Origin: Asterionella formosa
Lineage: Eukaryota
Assembly: GCA_002256025.1 (NCBI GenBank)
Contig: NKIB01014374.1
Coordinates: 1-44,104 of the forward strand
Length of the DNA stretch: 44,104 nucleotides
Direction: 5' to 3'
Below, piece by piece: positions 32,268 to 43,113 of the stretch. The notes below the pieces were generated by a model that did no database searches, was not told the origin of the DNA, and saw only the letters and a list, made by a program, of their open reading frames with translations. The position numbers and the translations under genes are program-made. Within the stretch, counting starts at the first letter, position 1. Each line of letters opens with the position of its first letter.

Positions 32268-33491
32268 TTAGTCAAAGTCTAACATACGCATAGGATCCCT
32301 TACCCAGCACAGCCTTCCAGCATTTCCAGGTTGATTCAAGTCGCTGATTTTCTTCATTTCACTTAAGCTCAACGAAAATTGAAACACACTAGCGTTCTCT
32401 TCCATTCTCATCTGCGAAGTAGTCTTTGGGGTTACAGCACACCCTCGCTGTAACGCCCATCGAAGCAAAACTTGTGCAGGAGTCACACCCAATTCCTTTG
32501 CAATCTCGACAACAACATCACATGCGATCAACCGTTGGCCATTCAAAATCTCTTTCCACTTTTTCTTGCTACAATCTTGGCCCCCCAATGCAGCATATGC
32601 TTGAAGGACAATCCCTTCCTTCTCACAGTATTCTATGAGTTCTTTTTGTGGGTACAGAGGATGGCATTCAACTTGATTTACACTTGGCGGCCAGTACCTG
32701 GCAGTTTCTTTCAGTGTCTCAAGGTGCTGGACTGAAAAGTTCGATACGCCAATGGCCCGGGCCTTGCCTTGCTCGAGCAAGTCTTCCATGGCCCGCCACG
32801 TTTCCGCTCTTACCTTGGCCATGTCCTCTTTTAGGGTTGTAGCATAGTACCAAGGTCCTTCCTTTTCTAAAACATCGCTTCGTCGATTCATCGTCTTGTA
32901 CGCTGGCCCTGGCCAGTGCATCAACCATAGATCAACATGGTCCACCTAGAGGCGACTTAAACTCAAGCGAAGGCATTCCAATGTACCATCGTAGCCATGA
33001 TACTTGCGCCAATGCTTAGTAATAAGGAACACATCTTCTCGTTTGCTGAGGATGTTGTCTCGCAACGCTTGTTGAATGGCATTACCAACTTCGCGCTCTG
33101 TCGTTTCTCCTGAGTAAATGAACGCCGTGTCAATGCACCTGTACCCACACTTGAGAGCACCGAGAGTTGGCGCGTAGGCGTTTCCTTTCCCCAGCTTGTA
33201 GGTACCGTAGCCAATCCATGGTAAAATGACATTGTCGAAGAGTAGAACGCCGTCTGTCAGAGACTTGGCTTCGTCCGCTGCAGTGGCGCGAAATGAAAAA
33301 GGACGAATGTGATTGTTCATGATGGTGGCTGGGTGTTTTCGTTTGATGGGCAGCATTTTCTTCCCATCAAGCTGGGCGTAATAATAGGCAAACGACGATG
33401 CTCTAGACAATAGCAATGAAGAAACAATCAGGAAAATTCTAATGTTAGATAGTGAACTTGCTCGTGAAAAGCAGAGCAGCAGTGGAGGCAT
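32268..33491 (-). pseudogene. Aldo/keto reductase interrupted by one in-frame TAG (32946-32948); otherwise intact
   Basis: Two abutting same-frame ORFs read RLSLSRL*VDHVDLWLMHWP. The catalytic tetrad motifs (IDTA, FIYS, ITKHW, LMHWP) plus IGVSNF and NQVECHP are present. A signal-peptide-like N-terminus starts at ATG 33491. Confidence 0.75.
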
Positions 33492-33659
33492 CAGGATCAG
33501 ACTTCGAAAAATACCATACACAGATATGCAACCTTTGTGCTTCAAATGTTTACATGTACCGGTAGACGAAAAGGGCAATAGAAAATCCTAATCAGTCTTG
33601 TGTTTTATAAGCTAAATAATATTTTTCATGATGCCAATTGAGCAATGCAGTCGTTTTTT

Positions 33660-33774
33660 CAATTTTCAACTTTTCATCTCTTGGCAAATATTGGCAGCAT
33701 TCCAGATTTGAGCTACTATTCTCATTTTTGGAATGCTGCCAAGATCCGCTGAGAGACGAACAACTCGAAAATTG
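33660..33774. repeat. Long imperfect palindrome (about 54-bp arms, 8-bp loop), MITE/foldback-like
   Basis: Perfect core ttggcagcattcca (33691-33704) / tggaatgctgccaa (33729-33742), extending with mismatches to caattttc...gaaaattg. Confidence 0.75.
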
Positions 33775-34189
33775 CTAATCGTGAATTGCGGCTATTTCGT
33801 AATTTCGGAGACTGATCACTAATATTTTTTCATTATGTAGAAACCTTTTGAGGCTTTGTTTCCTAGTGGTAACAACAGAGTAATGCTTATACAGTGTCAA
33901 TAAAGCAAAAATGTGATTGTATTGACAAACTTTACCTGAATCATCATTCTTGTTAGCATAACATTTCATTTGCATTGATGGTGTTGCACAAGAACATCAC
34001 AGATGTTGATTGTAGGGTTATATGGTGGTCGTAGCTTGGAGTTTAGTGAATTATACACATTGATGTTGTCAATGATGTATTAGCTGTGGTGAAAAGAATT
34101 TTAATGATACACTCAACCATCAGAATCTATGAACCACAACTGCAAGTGGTTGGGACAAACACAAAATCTGCTAGTCCCACCTGATCATA

Positions 34190-34830
34190 TTGGTCCATTC
34201 TGGATGACTCCTGGTGAGCGAAGTTCATGCCAACATGATTTCCCTTTTAGTGCAATAATAACACACCTCGAGATAGGTCGGAATTGATTGCTGATGTTCC
34301 TTCAAGTGGAGCTAACACCAAAGGTAAGAAGAAATGAGAGCTTCAGAATATTTCTTCTTCCTTGTATGAAATTGAAACTACAAGACAAGGAACAATATAA
34401 GTCAAGGATGGCTCCTGGGAAGGCGAGGCAAGGCAAAGGGGTTAACGCAAGTCATGTAGAGAAGAGAGTTGACTGATGGGCATGACCTTAGTACCTTACT
34501 ATACAACATTAACTGGATGGCAAGATGCACATAAAATCGTCAACCTTGATTCAAGTTTGAGGCACATCATGTCAATGTGTACTGACTTCTACTCAGAAGA
34601 GAACACTGGAATGATGAGCACATGATTGGCTGGGACCAAGGTTGGAATTCTTAGTTGCCTTTAGGTCATCATGTTCACACCAACGTGTTCTCATGCATAT
34701 ATGTGTGCTGCCTGTGCCACAGGGGCATGCTGAGCAAGTGAAACCTGTCACTGAAGGAGAAATGAAGGGGGCAAGGGGTGGGAAGCATTTGATTATGTCT
34801 ATCAGAGGAATGAAATTTTTCTAGACAAGC
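34190..34830 (+). mobile_element. Heavily degraded DDE (IS630/Tc1-mariner-like) transposase relic
   Basis: Frameshifted peptide fragments in order: GPFWMTPGER (34192), GKAKGLTQVM*RRELTDG (34427) and LTG..SSLRHIMSMCTDF (about 34510-34589). These resemble, from memory, the 'KGLxQVLWERGL..SLRHIM..C.DF' transposase-like family of diatoms and fungi. Confidence 0.55.
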
Positions 34831-35452
34831 TCATCAGTACATGTTGGCTTACCATGATCATGTCATGCAATTGTTGACTCTGGCCAATTCAATCCAGCAC
34901 TACAGCAGCAGTACTATCAACATGTTCCAGTGGCAATAGAAGGCCTTGTCAAAGAGATGAAGATTCATGTGCATTGATGTGCCTTGGACTTCGATCACAA
35001 GCTTGTAATGAATGTAAATTGACTGAGCAATTGCTGATTGTTGTAGTGTGCTGGAAAACATAAAATACATCAATACTTGTATCTTTATATTTATACTTAA
35101 CAATATTCTCTGACAATTATTATTATACATATATTAGATGATTTATCGAAATTGTATGATTGAGGTGCTATCCAGTGGTTTATAGAATCCTCTGTGGCTC
35201 AAGTTTACAACATTTTCTTTCCGGACCTTGAGTTCTTTAGTAATGTGAGCTTGATTCAGAATGAAGTCAGTATCCCTACTGGTATTGCGGGAAAGTCTGA
35301 TGAACATGCAACCATTGATGGAATAGTACATGTTACCCGGATTCTTACTCACCACGCATGTTACTACCAGTATAGGGAAAGGTACGGACATTCATTCGTG
35401 TATCACATGGTTCGCAGTAGGATAAATGGTACCATAGTTGCAACTATATATC

Positions 35453-36664
35453 TTATAACCACTCAATAGATGATGGTAACACCAACCCCACTCGCTTCAA
35501 AACTGCCTTGGCGACTTTTTTATTGGCCAATGATGTCAAAATTCCTTTTAACCGCAAACAGTTGAGTTCGTGTCCATCTAAATCTCCTGGCCGCAGCGGT
35601 CCTCCCTCCTTCACACTCGCTGCTGACAAGTGTGCCAGTGTTATCGCCGTTGCGACACTCAAATTGAAGGATTCTGCAAAGCCACTCATGGGCAAGACAA
35701 ATGTTTCGTCCGCAAGGTCCCTCATTTCGTCAGATATCCCAGTCAATTCATTGCCCATGACGATGCAGATTTTATCTTCTGGCCAACTAATGTCTCGAAT
35801 GTCCTTAGCGTTCGGATTTAAGTCACTGGCATATAGTCGGTATCCCTTAGCTTTAAGTTTCTTGACTGCGTCTCTGGTGGTCAAGTGATTTCTGATTGTC
35901 AACCACTGCGCCGACCCCATGGCCGATCGCATGCCTTGTTTCTGTGCCAGTTTTGTCTTTCCGACGTATTTTTGTGACTCCACCACCATGTCCACGTGTT
36001 GCAGTCCAAAGGAGTCCATTGTTCGAAGACAGGCCCATACATTGGAGGGGTTGGACGGATTTTCAAATAGAAACCGGCAGTGTTGTGTGCGTTGCTGTAG
36101 AACTTGGTTCATTCGATCCATCCGTGCTGGCTGTAAATAAGGAGTCAGGGCAGCAGTTGCATCCACCACTAGTTGTGGGTCTAGTTGTTCCAGTGCTTCC
36201 CACTGTCGATCCAAACGAGCTGCCGCGATTTTGTCTTGCTTCGTTTCGTGGTCAATGATCTCGTCAAGTTGCTCTTGTGTCTCTGCAACCACGGCACGTA
36301 ATGCATTCGGATCAAAGCGAGTGTCCCATTTAGGGTTTTCGCCAAAGTCAAAGTTATCCCATTCTAGTGTTGGTAGTAGCATGGTACCTTGCGACAAGGG
36401 CTCGTCAGACGAACAACCATCATGATCACTGCTGGAGGATAATGTACTACCGGTACTTCCATTAGTGCCATGGCGCGAAGTAGACGTCGTCGTGGTCGTC
36501 GTGCCGATTGTAGTTCTGGTAGCTCGGTCCCATCGGGTCGTGTGCAATGATCTTGTTGTCCATGCAACTCGTGTCTGGAAGGAGAAGGCTCTCGTTATTG
36601 TTGCTAATAACAGCAGCATGTTTGATGTACTAAGGAACAACAGAGGAACCCAACGTGAGCTCAT
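35453..36664 (-). CDS. SpoU/TrmH-family (SPOUT) tRNA/rRNA 2'-O-methyltransferase, probably plastid-targeted
   Basis: Signal peptide + TRA-FSF and an S/T-rich transit region; SPOUT motifs ENPSNPSNVWACLRT, IVMGNELTGIS and LPMSGFAESFNLSVA. Confidence 0.9.
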   Translation of the reverse strand: MSSRWVPLLFLSTSNMLLLLATITRAFSFQTRVAWTTRSLHTTRWDRATRTTIGTTTTTTSTSRHGTNGSTGSTLSSSSDHDGCSSDEPLSQGTMLLPTLEWDNFDFGENPKWDTRFDPNALRAVVAETQEQLDEIIDHETKQDKIAAARLDRQWEALEQLDPQLVVDATAALTPYLQPARMDRMNQVLQQRTQHCRFLFENPSNPSNVWACLRTMDSFGLQHVDMVVESQKYVGKTKLAQKQGMRSAMGSAQWLTIRNHLTTRDAVKKLKAKGYRLYASDLNPNAKDIRDISWPEDKICIVMGNELTGISDEMRDLADETFVLPMSGFAESFNLSVATAITLAHLSAASVKEGGPLRPGDLDGHELNCLRLKGILTSLANKKVAKAVLKRVGLVLPSSIEWL

Positions 36665-36841
36665 TCTTGGTCGTTAAATATTTATATTAAAAATGTCAGC
36701 ACAGGATTTCGCTGTTATTTTCTGGACCGGTAGTCAAGTACTTTCTCCTTTTGGCACGAGAAAATGTGATAATCTATACTGGCTGGGGTACGGGATGCTT
36801 CTTGGAGTTATTATTTTAGCGGACGATGCGACATTGATGAT

Positions 36842-36875
36842 GATGGATGGATGGATGGATGGATGGATGGATGGA
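36842..36875. repeat. (GATG)8 microsatellite
   Basis: Direct reading. Confidence 0.9.
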
Positions 36876-37284
36876 CATGGTCCAACACGAGATCATGATA
36901 TACCAGCACAGTAACCTGTAGAATGCAGGTGTCTTGCAAAATATCTAATAGAAACGTTCGTTTACCAGGTAATCATTATTTGACTGTTTCTGTAATATTT
37001 ATTTATTGGCTATTGCTGAGAAGAACTTTCCTACTGTGTCTTCAAATTTTTTTTGACTTTTTATTTATAGATGGGATGTAAAGAAAGCACCGTACTAGGT
37101 AGGTACCAGGCTAGGTTTAACCAGGTATCTACCGTACCGGGTAGTTTCATTATATAGTGGTCCAGACATGAATTTATATGTAGTGCAATAAATGATAAAA
37201 TATTTAAACATTTTTTCAAAAGATACAACAAAATCGACCTTTCCTTCCATCATGAAACCCCATACTGGCATATTTTTAATAAAA

Positions 37285-37432
37285 ATGGCGGGACCTCCTG
37301 CAACTCCACCCCCCGAGGCCGTCGTCTCTGATCACGAACAGCATCAGCAACAGCAGCAGCAGCAACAGCAGCAACAACAGCATCAGCATCGGCAGCAACA
37401 GCAGCAGCAGCATGTCTCACAGCAGCAGCAGC

Positions 37433-37484
<52 letters not shown>

Positions 37485-39891
37485 ACAACAACAACAAGAC
37501 ATGCATCATCACGAGCAAACATCAGATAATGTTGCATTGTTGTTGTATTCTCAGACTCAAAAACAACAACATGCCGTTGCTTTGGCACATTATTACGAAG
37601 CCAGAATGAGAGATCATGCTGCTGCCTATGCAACTGCTGCAGCAGGGGCAGCATGGGCAACTGCACAGATTATTTCAAGTTATAATGATGAACGACCAGG
37701 AAAACGACATCAGGGAGTGACGGTCCCAAAACAACAACAACAGTACCAAGCACAACTGGCTCCACCTGCATGGAGACCAGACGAAGGTGCGCAAGGAGAA
37801 CGACGAGGACGACGAAGGCAGCGAGATGCCACAGATTGGTCGGCACGGAGATATCATAGAACCAACTACAGTACAGCGTCAACGAGTAGTGACGACTCGA
37901 AGCGCAAGACGAGCAGCAGCAAGCGAGGAAAGAAAGATACGAATTTATTAGGCAAAACGGGTGTATCGGCGCTGCATGAATGGTGCGACAAACGACGCAA
38001 GGTTCCAAAATTTCACTCAACTGAAGTGGACTCCGACTTTGAATTTTCTGTCACGGTGGAAGGAAAAGAATGGGGACAAGGAAGAGGTACCACCAAAGGA
38101 GCAGCCAAGCAGGACGCAGCACGAAAGGCCTTGCAAGCATTGTTACCAGGGGTACTCTTTGATACCAATGGCATCGTCGTGGAAATTCCTTCACGCGGGG
38201 AAGCTGAGCTTGAAGAATTGGCCCCCAATTTGGCTAGACGCCTTGCCATTGGTACACCAGAAAACAACACAACCTCCGAAGACGATACCAAACGACGTCG
38301 CAAGCAATATGAAATTTATTCAACCACCACGTCTGAAGACGACGATGACAATGAATACTATGCCAGTAGAGGCGCATCAGTATGCTCCGCGCTCCTCCAT
38401 GCCATGTGGCAGATAAATGATCGTATTTCAGAGCCACCCGCATTTGACTTTGAGCTGTCACCAAACCCAGTTCAGCTAAAGAGAAAGGATACAGTGGGAT
38501 CCACAATTCCGGTGCATCGAACTAGTTTTAAATGCACGGCGAAACTGCGCCTGAGAAATAGGCTATTGGGTGAAAGTGAAGACGACGGTGCGACCGAAAC
38601 CTTGATAGCCGTTGGAACCGGAGCCACGAAGCGCGAAGCGCGTCACGTGGCGTCTGCCAAATTACTAGCCTTGTTGTTTCCAGACTGCAATGGTATGGTA
38701 GAAGTCAAGGCAGCGGCAGAAGCGGCGAGAGAAGCACATGCAGCTCAAAAGGCCATGAAGCAGCAAACTAAACGACAAGCCAGTTTTACTCACTTTCGCC
38801 GGGGCCGACGGAGGTTGGAAGATTCAGAATCTCCAACGTTGAAATCGACGTTGCTAGGCATGCCCAAGTCATGGGATCCGCCATTACCAAATTCACTGTC
38901 AAGCTATCTATGTAGTACTCTGGGATTCAATAGTGATGCCCCCCTTGTGGAAGAAGACTTGCTTGGTGTAAGCGTGGAAGCCTTGTCAATATCCGAAAAG
39001 CCCGCAGGACCTCCCAAAGAATCGGTTGCGGCATTGCGAATCCATCCTCGTGTGTCATCCGGACAACCCAACACGAGACAAAAGCAACTCCAAGACGTCG
39101 TAACGTCAGCATTGCATTTGCAAACGGTAGGAGACGATGACGTCAACGAAGATGTGGGACGCATTGTCTTGAGGTTGGGAGAAGCAAGTGATTTAAAATG
39201 GATATACAGGCTGCTTAGAAATTCTGATGCCAATAAGAGTTATGTTGTGGGACGACCCGGAGTCAAGCAAAACGCCAGATTTGTGGGGTTGCCTGGTCCA
39301 TTCTCCTTACTGCAGCTCAAACCATCGCACCTCATTTCTTACAAGGACGATGGAGTCACTTCATCAAATGTCGCGTCACGACTATGGGGTCCTGTCACGA
39401 TTATTCTACTCTTGTGTCGAGCGATTGCACCTTTGGATGAACCCCCTCTTGGCTGCAGCATTTTGACCTTGGGCTTTTCGATGAAACGTGGCAAAACCCT
39501 ACGCATAGCCGAAATTGGATTTGAGCCGCACTTACCAAGAGAACGATTCATTGAATGTTTGGAGCATTTCGCTGCAAATATGAAGTGCACATTGGAAGTT
39601 AACAATGAAGTGAAATCCGGCAAAACTCAACTGAAGTGTGACTACTCCACAGAAGTGTGTTGGACCTTCGATGAGCTCCTCGAGATTGTCGAACATCACA
39701 TCAAGGGACCACCTAGAAAATTCAACGGTGGTGGCGATACCACCGAAGAAGATGATGTTGCTAAACTTAACACAGGTGCCCCGCTGCAGTCGGTGAAAGA
39801 AGAGACTGAACTTGAGGAAGAAAAAGAAAAGCTAGACGATCTCTCTCAGAAACAGTCTGTCAAGCCTAGTAAACGGTCTCGTGTAAGTTAA
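37285..39891 (+). CDS. PolyQ protein with two double-stranded RNA-binding domains and a possible degenerate GNAT-like C-terminal domain
   Basis: dsRBD1 VSALHEWCDKRR..GQGRGTTKGAAKQDAARKAL; dsRBD2 SALLHAMWQ..AVGTGATKREARHVASAKLL. The start is uncertain (37192, 37252 or 37285). Confidence 0.8.
37339..37497 (+). repeat. CAG/CAA repeat encoding a roughly 50-residue Q-rich tract
   Basis: Direct reading. Confidence 0.9.
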
Positions 39892-39906
39892 GCTTTGTAA
39901 TTAAAC

Positions 39907-42900
39907 TTAAAAGTTTCGTGTTGTGCCATTTTCAACTTCAGTACGCACTCGGTGATGCATGTCGACAAGGAAATTGGTATAATTGCCGCACCCACTAATC
40001 GTATCGTCCACCATTAGCTTCATTACCATGTCGTCAAAGGGATCTTTGTGAGATGGATGTTGAAGGACTACAATACAAGGTGGGTAGGAAGGGCGTAGAC
40101 TGGATTCGCTGCCACCTCCAACTGATACGTGAGTACGCATCTGCCACAATAATCGATATACTTTTAGCCCAACATCGGATGAAGTCGAAACTCTGCAACC
40201 CTTGTCACTGTCGCTCTCGATAATCTCGGCCTTGATATCCTTTGGTGCATCATGTCCCACAAAAATAAAAAGGTTGATACCGTCATCGATGAGATAAATG
40301 TTTTCATCCTCCATGGAAGCAATACTAGGATGAATGGAATTCGGTAGCTGAACAAAGGCATGGTATGCAGCTTGTTCAAGATCGGATCTAGCATTCGATA
40401 TTAGCGGGATCTGCCAATCTCCAGCTCCATCGAACAAGTTCGTAAGCGGGAATATGTTTGGGTGTACCAGCAACATGGCGCAAGCTGGTGTCACCGACGC
40501 TGCGTGAAACAATGCATATGCTCTGTCGTCGGCATTGGGACTAGCTCGGTTCACTCGAACTTCAGAATTCCGTGGTGGCAATGCTGATCGAAGGATTGCG
40601 CTCTTCATCAAACTCATGACATACAATGGCAACAGCTGAAACTTTGTTGGGAGTAAAAGCTGTCCTGTTGGCGAAGGCGAAGTTTGAGCATGTAATCGGT
40701 ACTTAGCCAAGAGGTGAGTGCACTTCTTCATTAGATCTTGCCGCGCTGCGTCGAGCGTGCTGAGCCTGTCATCATTAGCAGTCCATAAATGATTGACTGC
40801 TTGACGAGAGAGCAAAGCAGTGTACGCGCCGAAGTCGGAACATCGAAAGATATCAAGTGGATCAGACGATACTCGAAGCGCCAATGTTGACACTCGGACC
40901 CGTCGTCGACCATTGATCGCTGTGTACAACGTCGCCACTTGAATGTAGACCAATCTTTGCTTCTTGTTAATTCCACCTACTCTATGCTCTAATTCAACGG
41001 CGATGCAAGTGTTTGGCAACACTGCAGATAATTCTAATTCTGGAGAACCAACAATGCCACCATCGACTGTGGTTCCTGGTGCTGTAGACGAAAGGTATGA
41101 TTTCACTTCAATTCCTTCCGAAGATCGTACTTTGAATATCACATCGGTACCGACAAAGGAGAGGATTGGTCGACATAATTCTTCTCTGAATTGCTCCTTC
41201 CAATCAGGAGCCCTAATCCATTTCAGCGTCCCGGACGATTTTCTACAAAGCTCACCGAGAGTTCCAAAATCCAAAAATGCCATGGGTTTTGGCAGTGTAT
41301 GCATGATGATATCCACACATATTCTATTCCTGGAGCAATCTTGTCCCAGCTTCTTATAGAAATCAGCCGTCGTTTGCTCCGGGCTTTGTAGTTTCCGTTG
41401 AAGTTGCAACGGACAATACAACGGTCGTTCGCTTGATTCATTGGTATAGAATTGCAGGTTGTTGAGTTCTCTATCCCGAATGAGTCCCACTCCAAAATTA
41501 GGGCGTCTCCATGAGATCCATGTGGCTCGCCCTCCACAGTCTTTGAGAGCATCAGCCATGAACGCCAATGCCGCACCACCGCAAGACGAAGCATATCCCT
41601 TGGCTCCTTGTGCAATTTCTTTCAACGAATGCTGCCACAGGATCAATACTTTGGACATGCACAATTTCCATGCTTCTACACCTTCGTCTGTCGACACATC
41701 ATATGTCCATTGTTCCAGGGGCAAGTGACAAAATGGATCCTCTGTCACATCCGACATGACGGAATATGCAAGTTCACCGCTCGAATCAGTAAAATAAGAA
41801 ATTCCTACTCCAAAACTAGATACAAGAACACATCCGATCCTAGGCTTCGCCATGAAGGGTCCTTGTTGTCTTTGATAGTGCTCACCCATTTGAATTCCAA
41901 CGAGAGTGATAATTTCCACATAGGTTCGTAAATGTGGACACGTTGCATCTAAGGCATATATCGACGTTGCCCCCACGGGATTTTCTCTTGTGACGTATGG
42001 TCCATTGACTTGATAGTCAACTGTCCCATATTGAGTTGGCTGTATATCATTGTTTTTGCTTCCACAAAAATTGCAAGTTCCATCTTGGCCCCAATATGCA
42101 TTGGCGTAAGCATGGCAATTTCTGCATCTTGAAGGAGTCATGGAGGTTAACGGTATTCTCTGTGGGTCAAAACCACCATCATCATCACCATCTGCATAAC
42201 TTCCATCCGGATATATTCTTGGGCGCGGCACAAAATCATGACTTGGCAGTGCCAATGGTGTACATAATATTGCAAAATCAATACCAAGCTTATTTGCCAT
42301 ATTTCTGTCCCGGGGAATGGCATACATTGTGGATCGCAATAAGTGTGGAGAGGCATTTCCATCATCTTGGCAAAGAGTGCGTGAATCAGCAGGTGGCGGT
42401 ACTTGGATTTCATCCAACTCCATGGCACGGCGTGGAAAATAGATTGGAATGGGCTGAGATGTTGTTTGAGGCCGTGTAAAGAGAGGTGGTCGTGGAATTT
42501 GAGATGGATCAATTTTACGGTGGTCATTTGGTGGTTGTTTTTGCTGCTGCATTGGAGGTGGTTGTTGTAGTTGCTGCATTGGTGGTGACGGAAGGCCGCG
42601 GTCAATTGGAGCAGGCGGATGGCTTCCAAAAATGGGAGGTCCAGGAGGTGGTGGATAAGGGCGAGTAGATCCAGGATGATCCAATGCATGGGCATTTCCT
42701 GACGGTTGTTGTATCGTTGTGAACGAAGGAGGAGGGGGAGTTGGCATCATTATAGGAGCAGAATGCATCATTCTCGGTGGCGGTGGTGGATAATGTGGTG
42801 GTGGCAGCAAGTTCTGTGCCTGCACATAGGATGCTGATGGAACGTGGGGAGGATTCGAATAATATTGCGGCGGTGTATGATGCATTCCATTCATTGCTGG

Positions 42901-43113
42901 TGGAGGAGCTTGCTGTTGATAAATATTCCTTGGCAGACTCGAGGTAGTATTAAACGTGGGCGGCGGCGGCTGCTGCTGCAGCTGCTGCTGCTGTTGCTGC
43001 ATTGACACTTGATGATCTACTTGTCTTTGCTGACTTGTGTATTTGAAAAGAGCAGGGGGAGTAGGAAAGTGACCTCCTGGAGGAGGGGGAGGAGGAGGGG
43101 GAGGGAACGACAT
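39907..43113 (-). CDS. SEC24: COPII coat subunit Sec24
   Basis: Pro/Gln-rich N-terminus; KIDPSQIPRP; DDGNASPHLLRSTMY; zinc finger CRNC..CNFC; trunk, beta-sandwich (QVATLYTAINGRRRVRVST), helical (LLPLYVMSLMKS) and gelsolin regions. The start is set at MSFPPPP (43113). Confidence 0.9.
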   Translation of the reverse strand: MSFPPPPPPPPPGGHFPTPPALFKYTSQQRQVDHQVSMQQQQQQLQQQPPPPTFNTTSSLPRNIYQQQAPPPAMNGMHHTPPQYYSNPPHVPSASYVQAQNLLPPPHYPPPPPRMMHSAPIMMPTPPPPSFTTIQQPSGNAHALDHPGSTRPYPPPPGPPIFGSHPPAPIDRGLPSPPMQQLQQPPPMQQQKQPPNDHRKIDPSQIPRPPLFTRPQTTSQPIPIYFPRRAMELDEIQVPPPADSRTLCQDDGNASPHLLRSTMYAIPRDRNMANKLGIDFAILCTPLALPSHDFVPRPRIYPDGSYADGDDDGGFDPQRIPLTSMTPSRCRNCHAYANAYWGQDGTCNFCGSKNNDIQPTQYGTVDYQVNGPYVTRENPVGATSIYALDATCPHLRTYVEIITLVGIQMGEHYQRQQGPFMAKPRIGCVLVSSFGVGISYFTDSSGELAYSVMSDVTEDPFCHLPLEQWTYDVSTDEGVEAWKLCMSKVLILWQHSLKEIAQGAKGYASSCGGAALAFMADALKDCGGRATWISWRRPNFGVGLIRDRELNNLQFYTNESSERPLYCPLQLQRKLQSPEQTTADFYKKLGQDCSRNRICVDIIMHTLPKPMAFLDFGTLGELCRKSSGTLKWIRAPDWKEQFREELCRPILSFVGTDVIFKVRSSEGIEVKSYLSSTAPGTTVDGGIVGSPELELSAVLPNTCIAVELEHRVGGINKKQRLVYIQVATLYTAINGRRRVRVSTLALRVSSDPLDIFRCSDFGAYTALLSRQAVNHLWTANDDRLSTLDAARQDLMKKCTHLLAKYRLHAQTSPSPTGQLLLPTKFQLLPLYVMSLMKSAILRSALPPRNSEVRVNRASPNADDRAYALFHAASVTPACAMLLVHPNIFPLTNLFDGAGDWQIPLISNARSDLEQAAYHAFVQLPNSIHPSIASMEDENIYLIDDGINLFIFVGHDAPKDIKAEIIESDSDKGCRVSTSSDVGLKVYRLLWQMRTHVSVGGGSESSLRPSYPPCIVVLQHPSHKDPFDDMVMKLMVDDTISGCGNYTNFLVDMHHRVRTEVENGTTRNF

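Noticed and set aside
4852..32948. Alternative genetic code (TAA/TAG = Gln) to explain the two in-frame stops
   Set aside because: Intact genes in the window terminate normally at TAA (ATM1, dynamin, Sec24) and TAG (glutaminase, helicase), and long ORFs are otherwise free of internal stops.
37250..38020. Antisense and alternative-frame ORFs (poly-V/A, poly-N) over the polyQ tract
   Set aside because: Artefacts of the stop-free CAG/CAA repeat inside a real gene.
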